A DNA stretch of 24,142 nucleotides, from contig JBNKCR010000024.1 in assembly GCA_050287845.1 (NCBI GenBank), positions 1 to 24,142 of the forward strand, in the 5' to 3' direction. Each line of letters opens with the position of its first letter. Position 1 is the stretch's first letter. This DNA comes from Polyangia bacterium. GTDB lineage: Bacteria; Myxococcota_A; Polyangia; JAAYKL01. The position numbers and the translations under genes were made by a program. The notes under the pieces were generated by a model. The model did no database searches and had not been told where the DNA came from. It saw only the letters and a program-made list of their open reading frames with translations. This document shows, piece after piece, positions 1 through 10,540 of the stretch.

Positions 1-113
1 CGCGGGAATACGAGCAGCTTTGCTGCGCGCCCGCAAGGCCCGACCGAGGTGTAGCCATAGCTACATCGACCGAGGGACTGAGGACGAAAGCGCAAAGATG
101 GCGAATTACTGCG
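1..113. repeat. Imperfect palindromic intergenic element (MITE/REPIN-like), probably truncated by the window edge
   Basis: 1-23 CGCGGGAATACGAGCAGCTTTGC pairs imperfectly with 92-113 (reverse complement CGCAGTAATTCGCCATCTTTGC). There is an internal hairpin TGTAGC-cata-GCTACA (50-65). It shares TTTGCTGCGC...GCAAGGCnCGA with the element at the right end. Confidence 0.55.
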
Positions 114-122
114 ATTGCAGCA

Positions 123-366
123 ATGAAACTGTTTGGAATGCTGTTGGGAATCCTTTTACGACGTGGCATTGGCCTGGGAGCTGGCTTTTGCGATTGATTT
201 GAAAATAATCGACATCACACTGGACGCGCGATTTTCCGCCAATCTCACCCTGCCCAAAAGCTATTTTAACCGCAACCACTTATCCAATGGAAACAGCACC
301 GTCGAAACAGAAGCCGCCCACGGTGTGGATGTACGAATCCTCGCCGGCGCCACCTGCGTCTTTTGA
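123..366 (+). pseudogene. Possible frameshifted remnant of an outer-membrane/secreted protein
   Basis: Frame 3 reads MKLFGMLLGILLRRGIGLGAGF and stops at 195-197. Deleting one T of the T4 run at 186-189 joins it to AIDLKIIDITLDARFSANL...VDVRILAGATCVF*, which has alternating hydrophobic residues and a terminal Phe. Confidence 0.3.
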
Positions 367-473
367 AGATAACATGCAGGATACGTATTCACCGCCGGCA
401 AGTGATTGTCAAACCATTCTCGCCACATAACGTTCTTCTGATTTAAATTTTAAAACCGTGCAGAAGGAATCTG

Positions 474-1709
474 TCAGCCCATGTTTCTGAGAATATGGTC
501 GGCGGCCAGACGCACTTCGGCGGAAAACAGTCCGGAGGGAGGAGAGGAGGACGGCTGGGGGCGCAGACCACGGGTAGAGAATGCCGGTTTCTCAGCAACT
601 TTTATCGGAGGTGCGGTAATGACGGCTTCTAAATCCTTTTCGAGAAAGTTCCACTGTTTGGCATCGAGCACCAGTACCAGGCGTCCGCTGTGAAGCCACG
701 GCGCAGTGGACGCCGGGGGAATGGCGTATATGGGACCTCGGGATGCCAGCTGATGCACCTCTTCCAGGGACAGCCGTCTGCCATTCACTGTTTCAAACGC
801 CCGCACGCCAACAATGTAATTGCGATCTTTGGTTTCCAGAAACCTATCGAATAGCACCTCCACCGCGCGTTGCTTCTGTTCTGCACGCAGGTTTTCCACT
901 GCAGCGCCCAGCTTGAGGTACAGACTCCGAACCACCGTACGCAATTGTCTCAAATCTTCAATGTCGTGTCGGCTGTCCACCACCGCGTGATACAGTAATC
1001 CGAATGCCGGCTGTTTCAACGAATCCTTTACGATGACCCCATGCCGCAGAACAATCTGTCTGACAAAATCGCTTTTCAACGGAATACCCACCACGCCCCG
1101 GATGTCCCCCAACTCGAATGGTTGCTGAATAAAACAGTCGGGCAACACCAACCCCTCCGAAACCAGACTGCCGTTCAGGTACACCGGCACCGCCGCATGA
1201 CGACACGCATTTCCAACCACGGATGCCAATGCGCTCGCATCAATCTTTGGGCTGGAAACCTCAATGGCGGTCAATGGGGGTGACGTGGTTGGAAGAATGC
1301 TGGGGTCCCGGACATTCAGCAACGCGTGTCTGCTTCGCGTCACCTGCAAATCGGCAGCACTGGAGGAAATTTTCACCACCGCATTCTTCAGATAGAATGC
1401 ACACAGCAATTCAAATGATTTGCTGCTTTCCATGGAAACAATCGCCTGATGTCTGGCATCCAATGCATGGGATACGTCGAAAACGATACTGAGACGTCGC
1501 AGGGCTTCAATCTCAATCTGCATTCCTTTCGCGCGAATACTCAGATGTCCTCTGGTGATTTTAATTTCCACACGCGTGGCGTCGCAGCTGATCAGATGAC
1601 GGCAAAGGGATACCGCCCACTCCGTACTCGACTTGAACCGGTTCTGCGTCAGTTTGCGAATCTCCAGCGCCACATCAATTTTCAGCAGGGATGCGCGGTG
1701 TTGGGTCAT
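474..1709 (-). CDS. Hypothetical protein, probable degenerate GHKL/HSP90-like ATPase fold (411 aa)
   Basis: Long ORF whose ATG overlaps the upstream stop (ATGA, 1706-1709). The N-terminal pattern EWAVSLCRHLISCDATRVEI...SIRAKGMQI follows GHKL N-box/G1-box spacing but lacks the E/N/D and DxGxG residues. Confidence 0.6.
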   Translation of the reverse strand: MTQHRASLLKIDVALEIRKLTQNRFKSSTEWAVSLCRHLISCDATRVEIKITRGHLSIRAKGMQIEIEALRRLSIVFDVSHALDARHQAIVSMESSKSFELLCAFYLKNAVVKISSSAADLQVTRSRHALLNVRDPSILPTTSPPLTAIEVSSPKIDASALASVVGNACRHAAVPVYLNGSLVSEGLVLPDCFIQQPFELGDIRGVVGIPLKSDFVRQIVLRHGVIVKDSLKQPAFGLLYHAVVDSRHDIEDLRQLRTVVRSLYLKLGAAVENLRAEQKQRAVEVLFDRFLETKDRNYIVGVRAFETVNGRRLSLEEVHQLASRGPIYAIPPASTAPWLHSGRLVLVLDAKQWNFLEKDLEAVITAPPIKVAEKPAFSTRGLRPQPSSSPPSGLFSAEVRLAADHILRNMG

Positions 1710-4675
1710 TTCAGGTGCTCCCGGTTGTCATGCACTGGAGCGGATATCCGTGCCAGAGATTGTCGGAGTTCATTTCGTGCTTCATCAAATATCGCGCAAT
1801 GGGCGATAATGCGATCGAGCAGCAACGCTGCAGCATCCTGTGGACTTCCCCCAAGCGATACCAGAGACTCCCATGCAGATTCGTTGGCCAGCGACAATGC
1901 AACAAACTGGTCCGGAATATTTTTTCGCCATTGCATCGGCAATGGGGTCAAATCGAATTCCCGAAACAGCATGCCCGTCAAACCCCGGCAGGGAACAATC
2001 AGATTGGACGGCAATCCCAGCGACGCCGTCAGCGTCGAGAGATGCCGGCATACACTGTTTGACATCGACTCATCGTCGCCAGCTGCCGGAATATCCTCAG
2101 GATGCACGCCATCGATTTCTTCGACATTCAGGCTGCCAGCCAGTCGACTGACCACCGGCGCAAACTCCGGTCTTCCGGTTTTCACCACAGTCCCCTTCTC
2201 TGAAACGATGCGCTGGACCAGCGGATTTTCAAATTCGCTGTAAAACAGTTTCCGCTTTCTGGCCAGCTTCAGCGCGCGATTCATGGTAATCCGAGTGGCA
2301 TTCCAGGTGGGAATCAATGGCCGGGAAAATAATGCACTGCCGCGAATCTTCATTTTTTCATTCTCAAGGGCAGCCTGAAGCATCTGTGCGGCCAGTTTTT
2401 CCTGGGCATCAGTGGGAGATGGCGGCGAGGTCCGAAACACCCGGCGCACCAGCAGGCCAATAATGATCAGAATCAGCATCCCCACACCGATGCTGGCCCA
2501 TACCAGACGTTCCCGCGTCACTTCCGGCGACGATGACGCAATCACATCGGTCGCTTTTCTGATAGTCGAATCCGCGGGATGTGTTACCGGATCCGGCCGT
2601 ACCGAACTGGCCGCACTATCCATGGGCAACGGTCGGGGCTGGCTGGCGGGAACATCTCCTTCTTCACCGGCTGCCTCCTCCGCAGATTCCGGTGCCCGGC
2701 CGGTGGCATCCGCCAATTTCCAGCCTTCATAAAAATACTCGACCCAGGCATGCTTTCCCGTTTCTGTCCGTCCATTGTTTCCCACATATCCTATCGCCAG
2801 CCGGGCGGGGATTTTCAGTCTGCGAAGCAGATTGATGAGAATGATGTTTTTCACATCACAATCTCCCTTGTTCAACGCAAACACAAAGTCATACCAGTTC
2901 CGACTGACATCCGCCCCGAAGAACTCCCGGTATTTTTCAACCGTCTCCGGTGATGTATCGTACAGAATGGACTGCTCTACCAGCACCGTCAGCATCTGCA
3001 CCTTTTTTTCGACGGAGCTGAATTCCCGTGCCTTTTCGAGGGCGTTTTCGTACGCGCCCGGCAACCTGATTCGGGGATACCCCAGAAAGCGCTCCGCATC
3101 GGTGAGTCCGGTCACCACCGGCCCCGCACGATATTGAATCCGCGGGGACGTCGTGCCCTCATAAAATCGCTGCACAAACAGCCAGTCGTCCTTGCTGGAA
3201 CGAACCAACTCTCCCGCCACGTTTTCGGTATGTACGAGAGTGTCTTTATCTATATAGTATCCAGTGGGCACCGGCAGATGATATACGCCTGTCCCTGGCT
3301 CCAGCATCACTGAAATCTCCAGACAGTGGTCCGGGCAATGATACTCGGCGGGAATCCGATATGGTGTCAGTCGCCCCGATTTGGCACCGCTTCCGGTATG
3401 CAGCTGCTCAACCGTCTGCAATCTGAAGTACGGAGATTCACTCGCCGGGGCATATGTCATATCCAACCCATCACCGGTGTCGGTGTCAGTGGTGGCCTTC
3501 TGATACTCCCCGGAGATGGACGCCCCCCCCATATACGCCGGGAGAAAAGACACATCGCTGTTTTCATCGCGCACAGCGGCGTCGTACATATTTTTCAGTT
3601 CACCGGGAAACAGCAACCCACCGGCAGTACCGAGCACCAGAAGAACAACGAAGATCGGCCACAAAGGCAGAACTCTTCTGGCAAAATGGTAGAGAAAGTC
3701 TTCTGAGAGCGACGAGAAGAAGTATTCCAGGCGGCCCAGTATTCCGGGCGGTGCGATACCATCGAGATACCCTGCGACCAGCTTTCGCATTTCGCGGCCG
3801 GCAATCCGGCGCGTCTGCTGCAGAGCAGTGTCATCGAACACCGACCGTCGGTCCAGGGTCACGCTGAGCTTGTTGCCATTGAGCAGATATACCGGCGCCA
3901 ATCCCCGAGGATAGGAAACCGGCAGCTCTGGCGCGGCACCGTACTGCAACTCCGAAAGCGATGTCCCGAACCATACCGGCAATCCCCGCACATGCAGGCT
4001 GACCTGAGGCGACTTGCCAAGAGCCACTGCCCCCTGCACATCCCGGTAAGCAAAGGTGGCGGCACATTCCCCCTCCAGCACCATGGGGCCATCAATTCGT
4101 TTCTGGTTGTAATGGACCTCAAGAGGGCTGGCCCGCCGGTTGTTGCGACGCAGAAATCGGCAATATCGACGCAGGGACCGCTCAATATCCAGCAGACACT
4201 GTTCCGCCTGCTCGCGGGTAAAATGCTTGTACGCCACTACCCGGGTACCCCGGGAGGCAAGCGGCGACTCAACGACCCGCTCCCGTTCCAGGGTCTGATT
4301 GAATTCCACCCCCCAATTTTCCCGGTCCGTTTTTGAATAAATCAATATGCGCTGTGGCGAAAAAAGAAGAATTGACCAGAATCCCACACCGAACTGACCG
4401 GCGCTGGCCGCCTCTTTTTCTTTGCTGGATGCGTAGAGTGTAAACAGATACCTTCGGGCATGCTCAAAGGCCATCCCCGAGCCGTCATCAGTGAATGTCA
4501 GTTCCAGGGTTCCGGAATCCTCCGACTCCCCGGCATGGAAGGTGGTTGAAACGGAAATCCTTCTGGCGCCGGCATCTCTGGCATTCTGGGCGAACTCGCG
4601 CACAAAGACATATTCGTCCTTGCCGTATCGTTTTCCCTCCGCAATGGCTCTGGACCTGAAGTCAGAAAAGTCCAA
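1706..4675 (-). CDS. GHKL (HSP90-like) ATPase fused to a TM-flanked transglutaminase-like domain (989 aa)
   Basis: N-box VREFAQNARDA (E27, N31, D34), G1 DDGSG (63-67), G2 GQFGVG (93-98) and RGT motif. Hydrophobic helices at about 335-356 and 724-743. Transglutaminase-like triad: GDC606, H642AW, D656AT. TTG start. Confidence 0.85.
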   Translation of the reverse strand: MDFSDFRSRAIAEGKRYGKDEYVFVREFAQNARDAGARRISVSTTFHAGESEDSGTLELTFTDDGSGMAFEHARRYLFTLYASSKEKEAASAGQFGVGFWSILLFSPQRILIYSKTDRENWGVEFNQTLERERVVESPLASRGTRVVAYKHFTREQAEQCLLDIERSLRRYCRFLRRNNRRASPLEVHYNQKRIDGPMVLEGECAATFAYRDVQGAVALGKSPQVSLHVRGLPVWFGTSLSELQYGAAPELPVSYPRGLAPVYLLNGNKLSVTLDRRSVFDDTALQQTRRIAGREMRKLVAGYLDGIAPPGILGRLEYFFSSLSEDFLYHFARRVLPLWPIFVVLLVLGTAGGLLFPGELKNMYDAAVRDENSDVSFLPAYMGGASISGEYQKATTDTDTGDGLDMTYAPASESPYFRLQTVEQLHTGSGAKSGRLTPYRIPAEYHCPDHCLEISVMLEPGTGVYHLPVPTGYYIDKDTLVHTENVAGELVRSSKDDWLFVQRFYEGTTSPRIQYRAGPVVTGLTDAERFLGYPRIRLPGAYENALEKAREFSSVEKKVQMLTVLVEQSILYDTSPETVEKYREFFGADVSRNWYDFVFALNKGDCDVKNIILINLLRRLKIPARLAIGYVGNNGRTETGKHAWVEYFYEGWKLADATGRAPESAEEAAGEEGDVPASQPRPLPMDSAASSVRPDPVTHPADSTIRKATDVIASSSPEVTRERLVWASIGVGMLILIIIGLLVRRVFRTSPPSPTDAQEKLAAQMLQAALENEKMKIRGSALFSRPLIPTWNATRITMNRALKLARKRKLFYSEFENPLVQRIVSEKGTVVKTGRPEFAPVVSRLAGSLNVEEIDGVHPEDIPAAGDDESMSNSVCRHLSTLTASLGLPSNLIVPCRGLTGMLFREFDLTPLPMQWRKNIPDQFVALSLANESAWESLVSLGGSPQDAAALLLDRIIAHCAIFDEARNELRQSLARISAPVHDNREHLK

Positions 4676-4711
4676 ACCAAACCCTTTCTTTTCAACCGCT
4701 CCATCCGCGGT

Positions 4712-6601
<1,890 letters not shown>

Positions 6602-6651
6602 CTGTCTTCTTTATCTGTTCTTTCTCGCGCAAACCTGCAAAACCGTCAACA

Positions 6652-7560
6652 TCACAGGGGATGGTCCATATCCCTGTGATATTTATTCACTTCTCTTTTC
6701 TGTTCCTCATAATGCAAGGCCAGTCGTCTGGCAAATGCCACAGAACGATGCCGTCCACCGGTGCATCCCACCGCGATATTCACGGAAAATTTTCCGACAT
6801 CGATAAACGCATCAAATGTTGGATCCAACAGCTGTATCATGCCCTGGAAAAACCGTTCCGCGGCCTCCATGTGCATCACATACTCATACACATCCGCATC
6901 CTCCCCTGTCAGGGGCCGAAGCGCTTCCCGGTAGAACGGATTGGGCAGGAACCGCACATCGAACACAAAGTCCGCGTCCCTCGGCACACCATATTTAAAT
7001 CCGAAACTCACAATATTCACCTGAGACACCCGGCTGGTATCCCGCTGAAGCACTGTCTGCAATACCGCATGACGCAGTTGCGTGGCATTGATATGCGTTG
7101 AATCCAGCACGTGCGTCGCCAGTGCGAGTGTACCCGCAAGACGTGTGCGCTCCTCGGTAATGGCGCGGCGCAGGGAATACTGCGGCTCCAGCGGATGGCT
7201 TCGCCGGACTTCCTTGAATCGGTTCATCAGCACATCGGTTTCACAGTCCAGATATACCAGTGCAAAATGGATGGACTCATCCCGAAGGCGCTGCACTGCA
7301 TTCTGAAAATCATCAAACAGCGTTCCGGAACGCATATCGCTGGCGATGGCGATACCCTTCCGGTGAACGGTGCCACTCATGTAAAGATGATAGAAATCCA
7401 GAATGAGGGTAGGCGGAAGATTGTCGAGACAATAATACCCCAAATCATCAAATACCCGCATGGCGGTTGATTTTCCGGCGCCGGAAAGCCCCGTGATAAT
7501 AACCAGCATCGGTGCTGCGGGTGGAATACTTGATTTGGTGGTTTCGACGCGCGCGTCCAT
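6652..7560 (-). CDS. rapZ: RNase adapter RapZ (YhbJ/YvcJ family P-loop protein)
   Basis: ITGLSGAGKS, YYCLDNLP, DMRS, RRSHPL, SFGFKYG..DADFVFDVRFLPNP, GCTGGRHRSV. Confidence 0.95.
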   Translation of the reverse strand: MDARVETTKSSIPPAAPMLVIITGLSGAGKSTAMRVFDDLGYYCLDNLPPTLILDFYHLYMSGTVHRKGIAIASDMRSGTLFDDFQNAVQRLRDESIHFALVYLDCETDVLMNRFKEVRRSHPLEPQYSLRRAITEERTRLAGTLALATHVLDSTHINATQLRHAVLQTVLQRDTSRVSQVNIVSFGFKYGVPRDADFVFDVRFLPNPFYREALRPLTGEDADVYEYVMHMEAAERFFQGMIQLLDPTFDAFIDVGKFSVNIAVGCTGGRHRSVAFARRLALHYEEQKREVNKYHRDMDHPL

Positions 7561-7588
7561 TCAGGCTCCGGAAATGCGTTTGAGACGC

Positions 7589-8359
7589 TCACTCATCGGC
7601 AAAATCGTCGTCTTCGGTGTATTGATAATCAAAATCGCCAAATTCATCGCTGCCGAATTCGGCGATCACTTTCTTCAGATTACGCGCATCATCGAGGGCC
7701 CGATGCGTATCAAACAGGCAGAATACTTCTCCTGCGGGGCAATCAAACGCTGCAGCCGCAATCTGTTCCAGCTCATACACGCCCATGCGGGAGCCGGACG
7801 CCGCGAATGCACCAAACCGGAAGTACGCAAGGTCAAAGTCGGGGACTTCATCTCTGAGCGGGTCAACGGCAGGAATCAGATTGTTGTTTTCTGCAAACTG
7901 CATTATCTGACCGAATTCCCATGGTCCATGAGCCTCCCACACCAGTGGCATATTTCCCCGATCAACGGTTTTGAAAAAATTCGACATCTTATCGATATTG
8001 GTCTGAGATGGTGTGATTGATGAAGGCGTCATCAGCACCAGGGCCCGGGCCTCCAATTCTGCGGCAAACTGCAACTGACGCTGCCACAGACTCAAGCTCT
8101 CATCGGTTACCTGAAAATTGCCATATGCCGATAAATCACCGCGAAGGGTGATGCCTTCATCCGGCGCCGTCACGAAAAATCTCGATACCTGCACTGTGCA
8201 CCCGGTATTCGCCGGCAACTCATCTTTCAGATGACGCGCAGCCTTTTTTCCAGGCGGAATATATCTGGCTTCCGTCATCTCCACCAGATCCACATCCGCA
8301 ATCATTTTGCTTTTCTTAATGGGATACCCGACGGTACCCACTGATATTTTTTCTGTCAT
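7589..8359 (-). CDS. DUF72 (YecE-like) domain protein with acidic C-terminal tail
   Basis: ISVGTVGY, LVEMTEARYIPP, LMTPSS, VWEAHGPW, VDPL and YFRFG match the DUF72 pattern in degenerate form. Start placed at ATG 8359, 1 nt after the upstream stop; the ORF track extends it to 8395. Confidence 0.75.
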   Translation of the reverse strand: MTEKISVGTVGYPIKKSKMIADVDLVEMTEARYIPPGKKAARHLKDELPANTGCTVQVSRFFVTAPDEGITLRGDLSAYGNFQVTDESLSLWQRQLQFAAELEARALVLMTPSSITPSQTNIDKMSNFFKTVDRGNMPLVWEAHGPWEFGQIMQFAENNNLIPAVDPLRDEVPDFDLAYFRFGAFAASGSRMGVYELEQIAAAAFDCPAGEVFCLFDTHRALDDARNLKKVIAEFGSDEFGDFDYQYTEDDDFADE

Positions 8360-8360
8360 T

Positions 8361-9386
8361 TCAGGGAAATCCAACTCCTGCGATATTCCATCCACACCTG
8401 GGACATCTGCTTTGTTCAGTGTTTATCCGATTCACTCTATAACCGGTTCTCTCCACAACCACGTTCCGGCAGTTTGGGCAACAGGTTTTTTCACCTTGCC
8501 CGGTGGGCATATTACCCGCATATACATAACGCAATCCTGCCGCTGCGCCAATTTCCAATGCGCTTAAAATCATTTTCCCATCGGTCGGAGGCCGCGTTGT
8601 CTCTTTGAACGCCGGGTGAAATCTGGATACATGCCAGGGGATGTCTGGTGAAACCCCTGCGATAAACTGCGCAATTTCGGTAAGTTCCGATGCACTATCG
8701 TTCATTCCCGGCACCACCAGCGTGGTAACTTCCACCCATACACCCCGGTCGTGCATCAGGACAATCGCGTCCAGAGTGGCCGACAGACGTCCCTTCAACT
8801 GTGTACGATATACGTCCTGTGAAAAACTTTTCAAATCAATATTGGCGGCATCCAGATGTTCGCAAAGCCCAAGTAATGGATCACGATTAATTTGTCCATT
8901 GGTCACAAACACCAGTCTCAGCAAATGCTCCCGGGCGAGGGTCGCCACTTCTAAAGCGAATTCCGTTGCAAGAACCGGCTCCGAGTACGTGAATGCAATA
9001 GAAGCACAGTGAGAATTTATCGCCTCATGAATCACTTCTTCCGGCGTCCATTGCCGAATGGGGTCAGGTGAGTAGCCCGGCATCCGCGTACATTGTGAAA
9101 GCGATGCATTCTGGCAGAAGGGACACACCAGATTGCACCCCTCGGTTCCCAGCGAAAAAGTTCGCGTGCCCGGCAAAAAATGACTGAAGGGCTTTTTTTC
9201 GATGGGATCCACCGCCACTGAGGCAAATCTACCCCACGTGAGAATTTCCAGGCGACCATCTGAATTGGCCCGGGTGCCGCATATCCCCCGTTTTCCCGGA
9301 GCCAACACACATTGCGCCGGACACAGGGTACATCGTACTTTGTGTGCAGATTCGGACCTTGAAAACTCGCTGTATCTATGCATCAT
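8361..9386 (-). CDS. amrS: AmmeMemoRadiSam system radical SAM enzyme
   Basis: N-terminal CTLCPAQC...CGTR, VDPIEKKP..HFLPG, radical SAM CNLVCPFCQN, AFTYSEP, ANIDLK, WHVSRFHP, YVYAGN, and C-terminal CPNC/CPRC. Start placed at ATG 9386. Confidence 0.92.
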   Translation of the reverse strand: MMHRYSEFSRSESAHKVRCTLCPAQCVLAPGKRGICGTRANSDGRLEILTWGRFASVAVDPIEKKPFSHFLPGTRTFSLGTEGCNLVCPFCQNASLSQCTRMPGYSPDPIRQWTPEEVIHEAINSHCASIAFTYSEPVLATEFALEVATLAREHLLRLVFVTNGQINRDPLLGLCEHLDAANIDLKSFSQDVYRTQLKGRLSATLDAIVLMHDRGVWVEVTTLVVPGMNDSASELTEIAQFIAGVSPDIPWHVSRFHPAFKETTRPPTDGKMILSALEIGAAAGLRYVYAGNMPTGQGEKTCCPNCRNVVVERTGYRVNRINTEQSRCPRCGWNIAGVGFP

Positions 9387-9435
9387 AAAAACTCTATAGT
9401 TCTCATTTCCTATAATCAATGGAAAATAAATCACT

Positions 9436-9465
9436 ATTTTAACCGACTACTGTTCAAACGTCCAA
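9436..9465 (-). promoter_or_regulatory. Candidate sigma70 promoter for the amrS...GHKL operon
   Basis: Minus strand TTGGAC-N18-TAAAAT in the AT-rich divergent intergenic region. Confidence 0.35.
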
Positions 9466-9560
9466 GTTGACCCGTCGTTAAATTCGCACAAAATAGTTGA
9501 TAAATAAAATGGGCCGTTTAAGATCGGCAGCTGCACACTTTTTTGGGAGTACGAAACTTT

Positions 9561-10529
9561 ATGACCGTCAAAGCGGGCATTGTTTGCGGAAAATGTGACC
9601 AGTTAAATTCGGTAGACAGCCGGGAATGCAGCGCCTGTGGGAGTAGCCTTGAACTCTCTGCAGTCGGAACCGGAGCCGCGAGCGGTGCAGATTCAAACGA
9701 TAATGTTGAACTACAAGAGATAGTTCAAAACGGGAAAGAGGATGACGCTATGGAGCAGGCAAAGCATCTGGTTTGCGGTGAATGCTATACCCCGGTACCC
9801 GCCGGGCACAAATTTTGCGGAAAATGTGGCAGTTCGCTGGAGCACAATATCATCAAAGATCCCAATTTTTTTGGAGAACTTCAGTCTCCTGGAAAGGCAA
9901 AACTGATTCTGATCAAGGGCGAAGGCGTCGATGGCATGAGCTATCATCTCAATTCCACAGAACACACAGCGGGCCGAACTCAGGGAGAAATCGTTTTTCC
10001 TGATGACCCATGGCTGTCTCCTTCCCACGCCAATTTCGTGTACGTGGACGACAAAATCGTGGTTCACGATCAGAACAGTCTGAACGGGATATACGTCGCC
10101 ATCCGTCAGCCGGTCGCCATCAATCCCGGTGCTGTCTTCATGGCAGGGGAGCAGTTGTTCCGCGTGGAATCAGTGGCACCGGTGGAACAGGTTCCCGAAG
10201 ATGATGGGACATACTTTTTTTCAAGCCCGTTTTCAGTGGGAAGTTTTCGAGTTGTTCAGATACTCGAAGGTGGCGGCGATGGAATGATTGTCAATCCCCA
10301 ATCTGATTCCATCACCATTGGCCGCGAGGACTGTGACATGAATTTTCCTGCAGATCCGTTCATCTCCGGAAAGCACGCCCAGATTGAAGCCAACGGCAAC
10401 TCTCTCGTACTCATGGACCTGAACAGTAAAAATGGCACTTTTATAAAAATCAACAATGAGCAGGAACTGACCCACGGCGACTATCTGTTCCTGGGGCGTC
10501 AACTTCTCAGAGTTGAAATTACACAATAG
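9561..10529 (+). CDS. Zinc-ribbon + tandem FHA domain protein
   Basis: CGKC..CSAC and CGEC..FCGKCG ribbons. FHA1 GRTQ...SPSHA...SLNG; FHA2 IGRE...SGKHA...SKNGTF. GGGAG lies upstream of ATG 9561. Confidence 0.88.
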   Translation: MTVKAGIVCGKCDQLNSVDSRECSACGSSLELSAVGTGAASGADSNDNVELQEIVQNGKEDDAMEQAKHLVCGECYTPVPAGHKFCGKCGSSLEHNIIKDPNFFGELQSPGKAKLILIKGEGVDGMSYHLNSTEHTAGRTQGEIVFPDDPWLSPSHANFVYVDDKIVVHDQNSLNGIYVAIRQPVAINPGAVFMAGEQLFRVESVAPVEQVPEDDGTYFFSSPFSVGSFRVVQILEGGGDGMIVNPQSDSITIGREDCDMNFPADPFISGKHAQIEANGNSLVLMDLNSKNGTFIKINNEQELTHGDYLFLGRQLLRVEITQ

Positions 10530-10540
10530 GAGGTCCGAAG

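Noticed and set aside
1449..2243. 264-aa plus-strand ORF
   Set aside because: Lies antisense across two minus-strand genes and has no recognisable motifs.
1706..4675. Reading the N-terminal ATPase as a histidine kinase or MutL
   Set aside because: There is no H-box/HisKA. The GQFGVG lid is HSP90-like rather than the MutL GFRGEAL, and the TM and transglutaminase regions fit neither.
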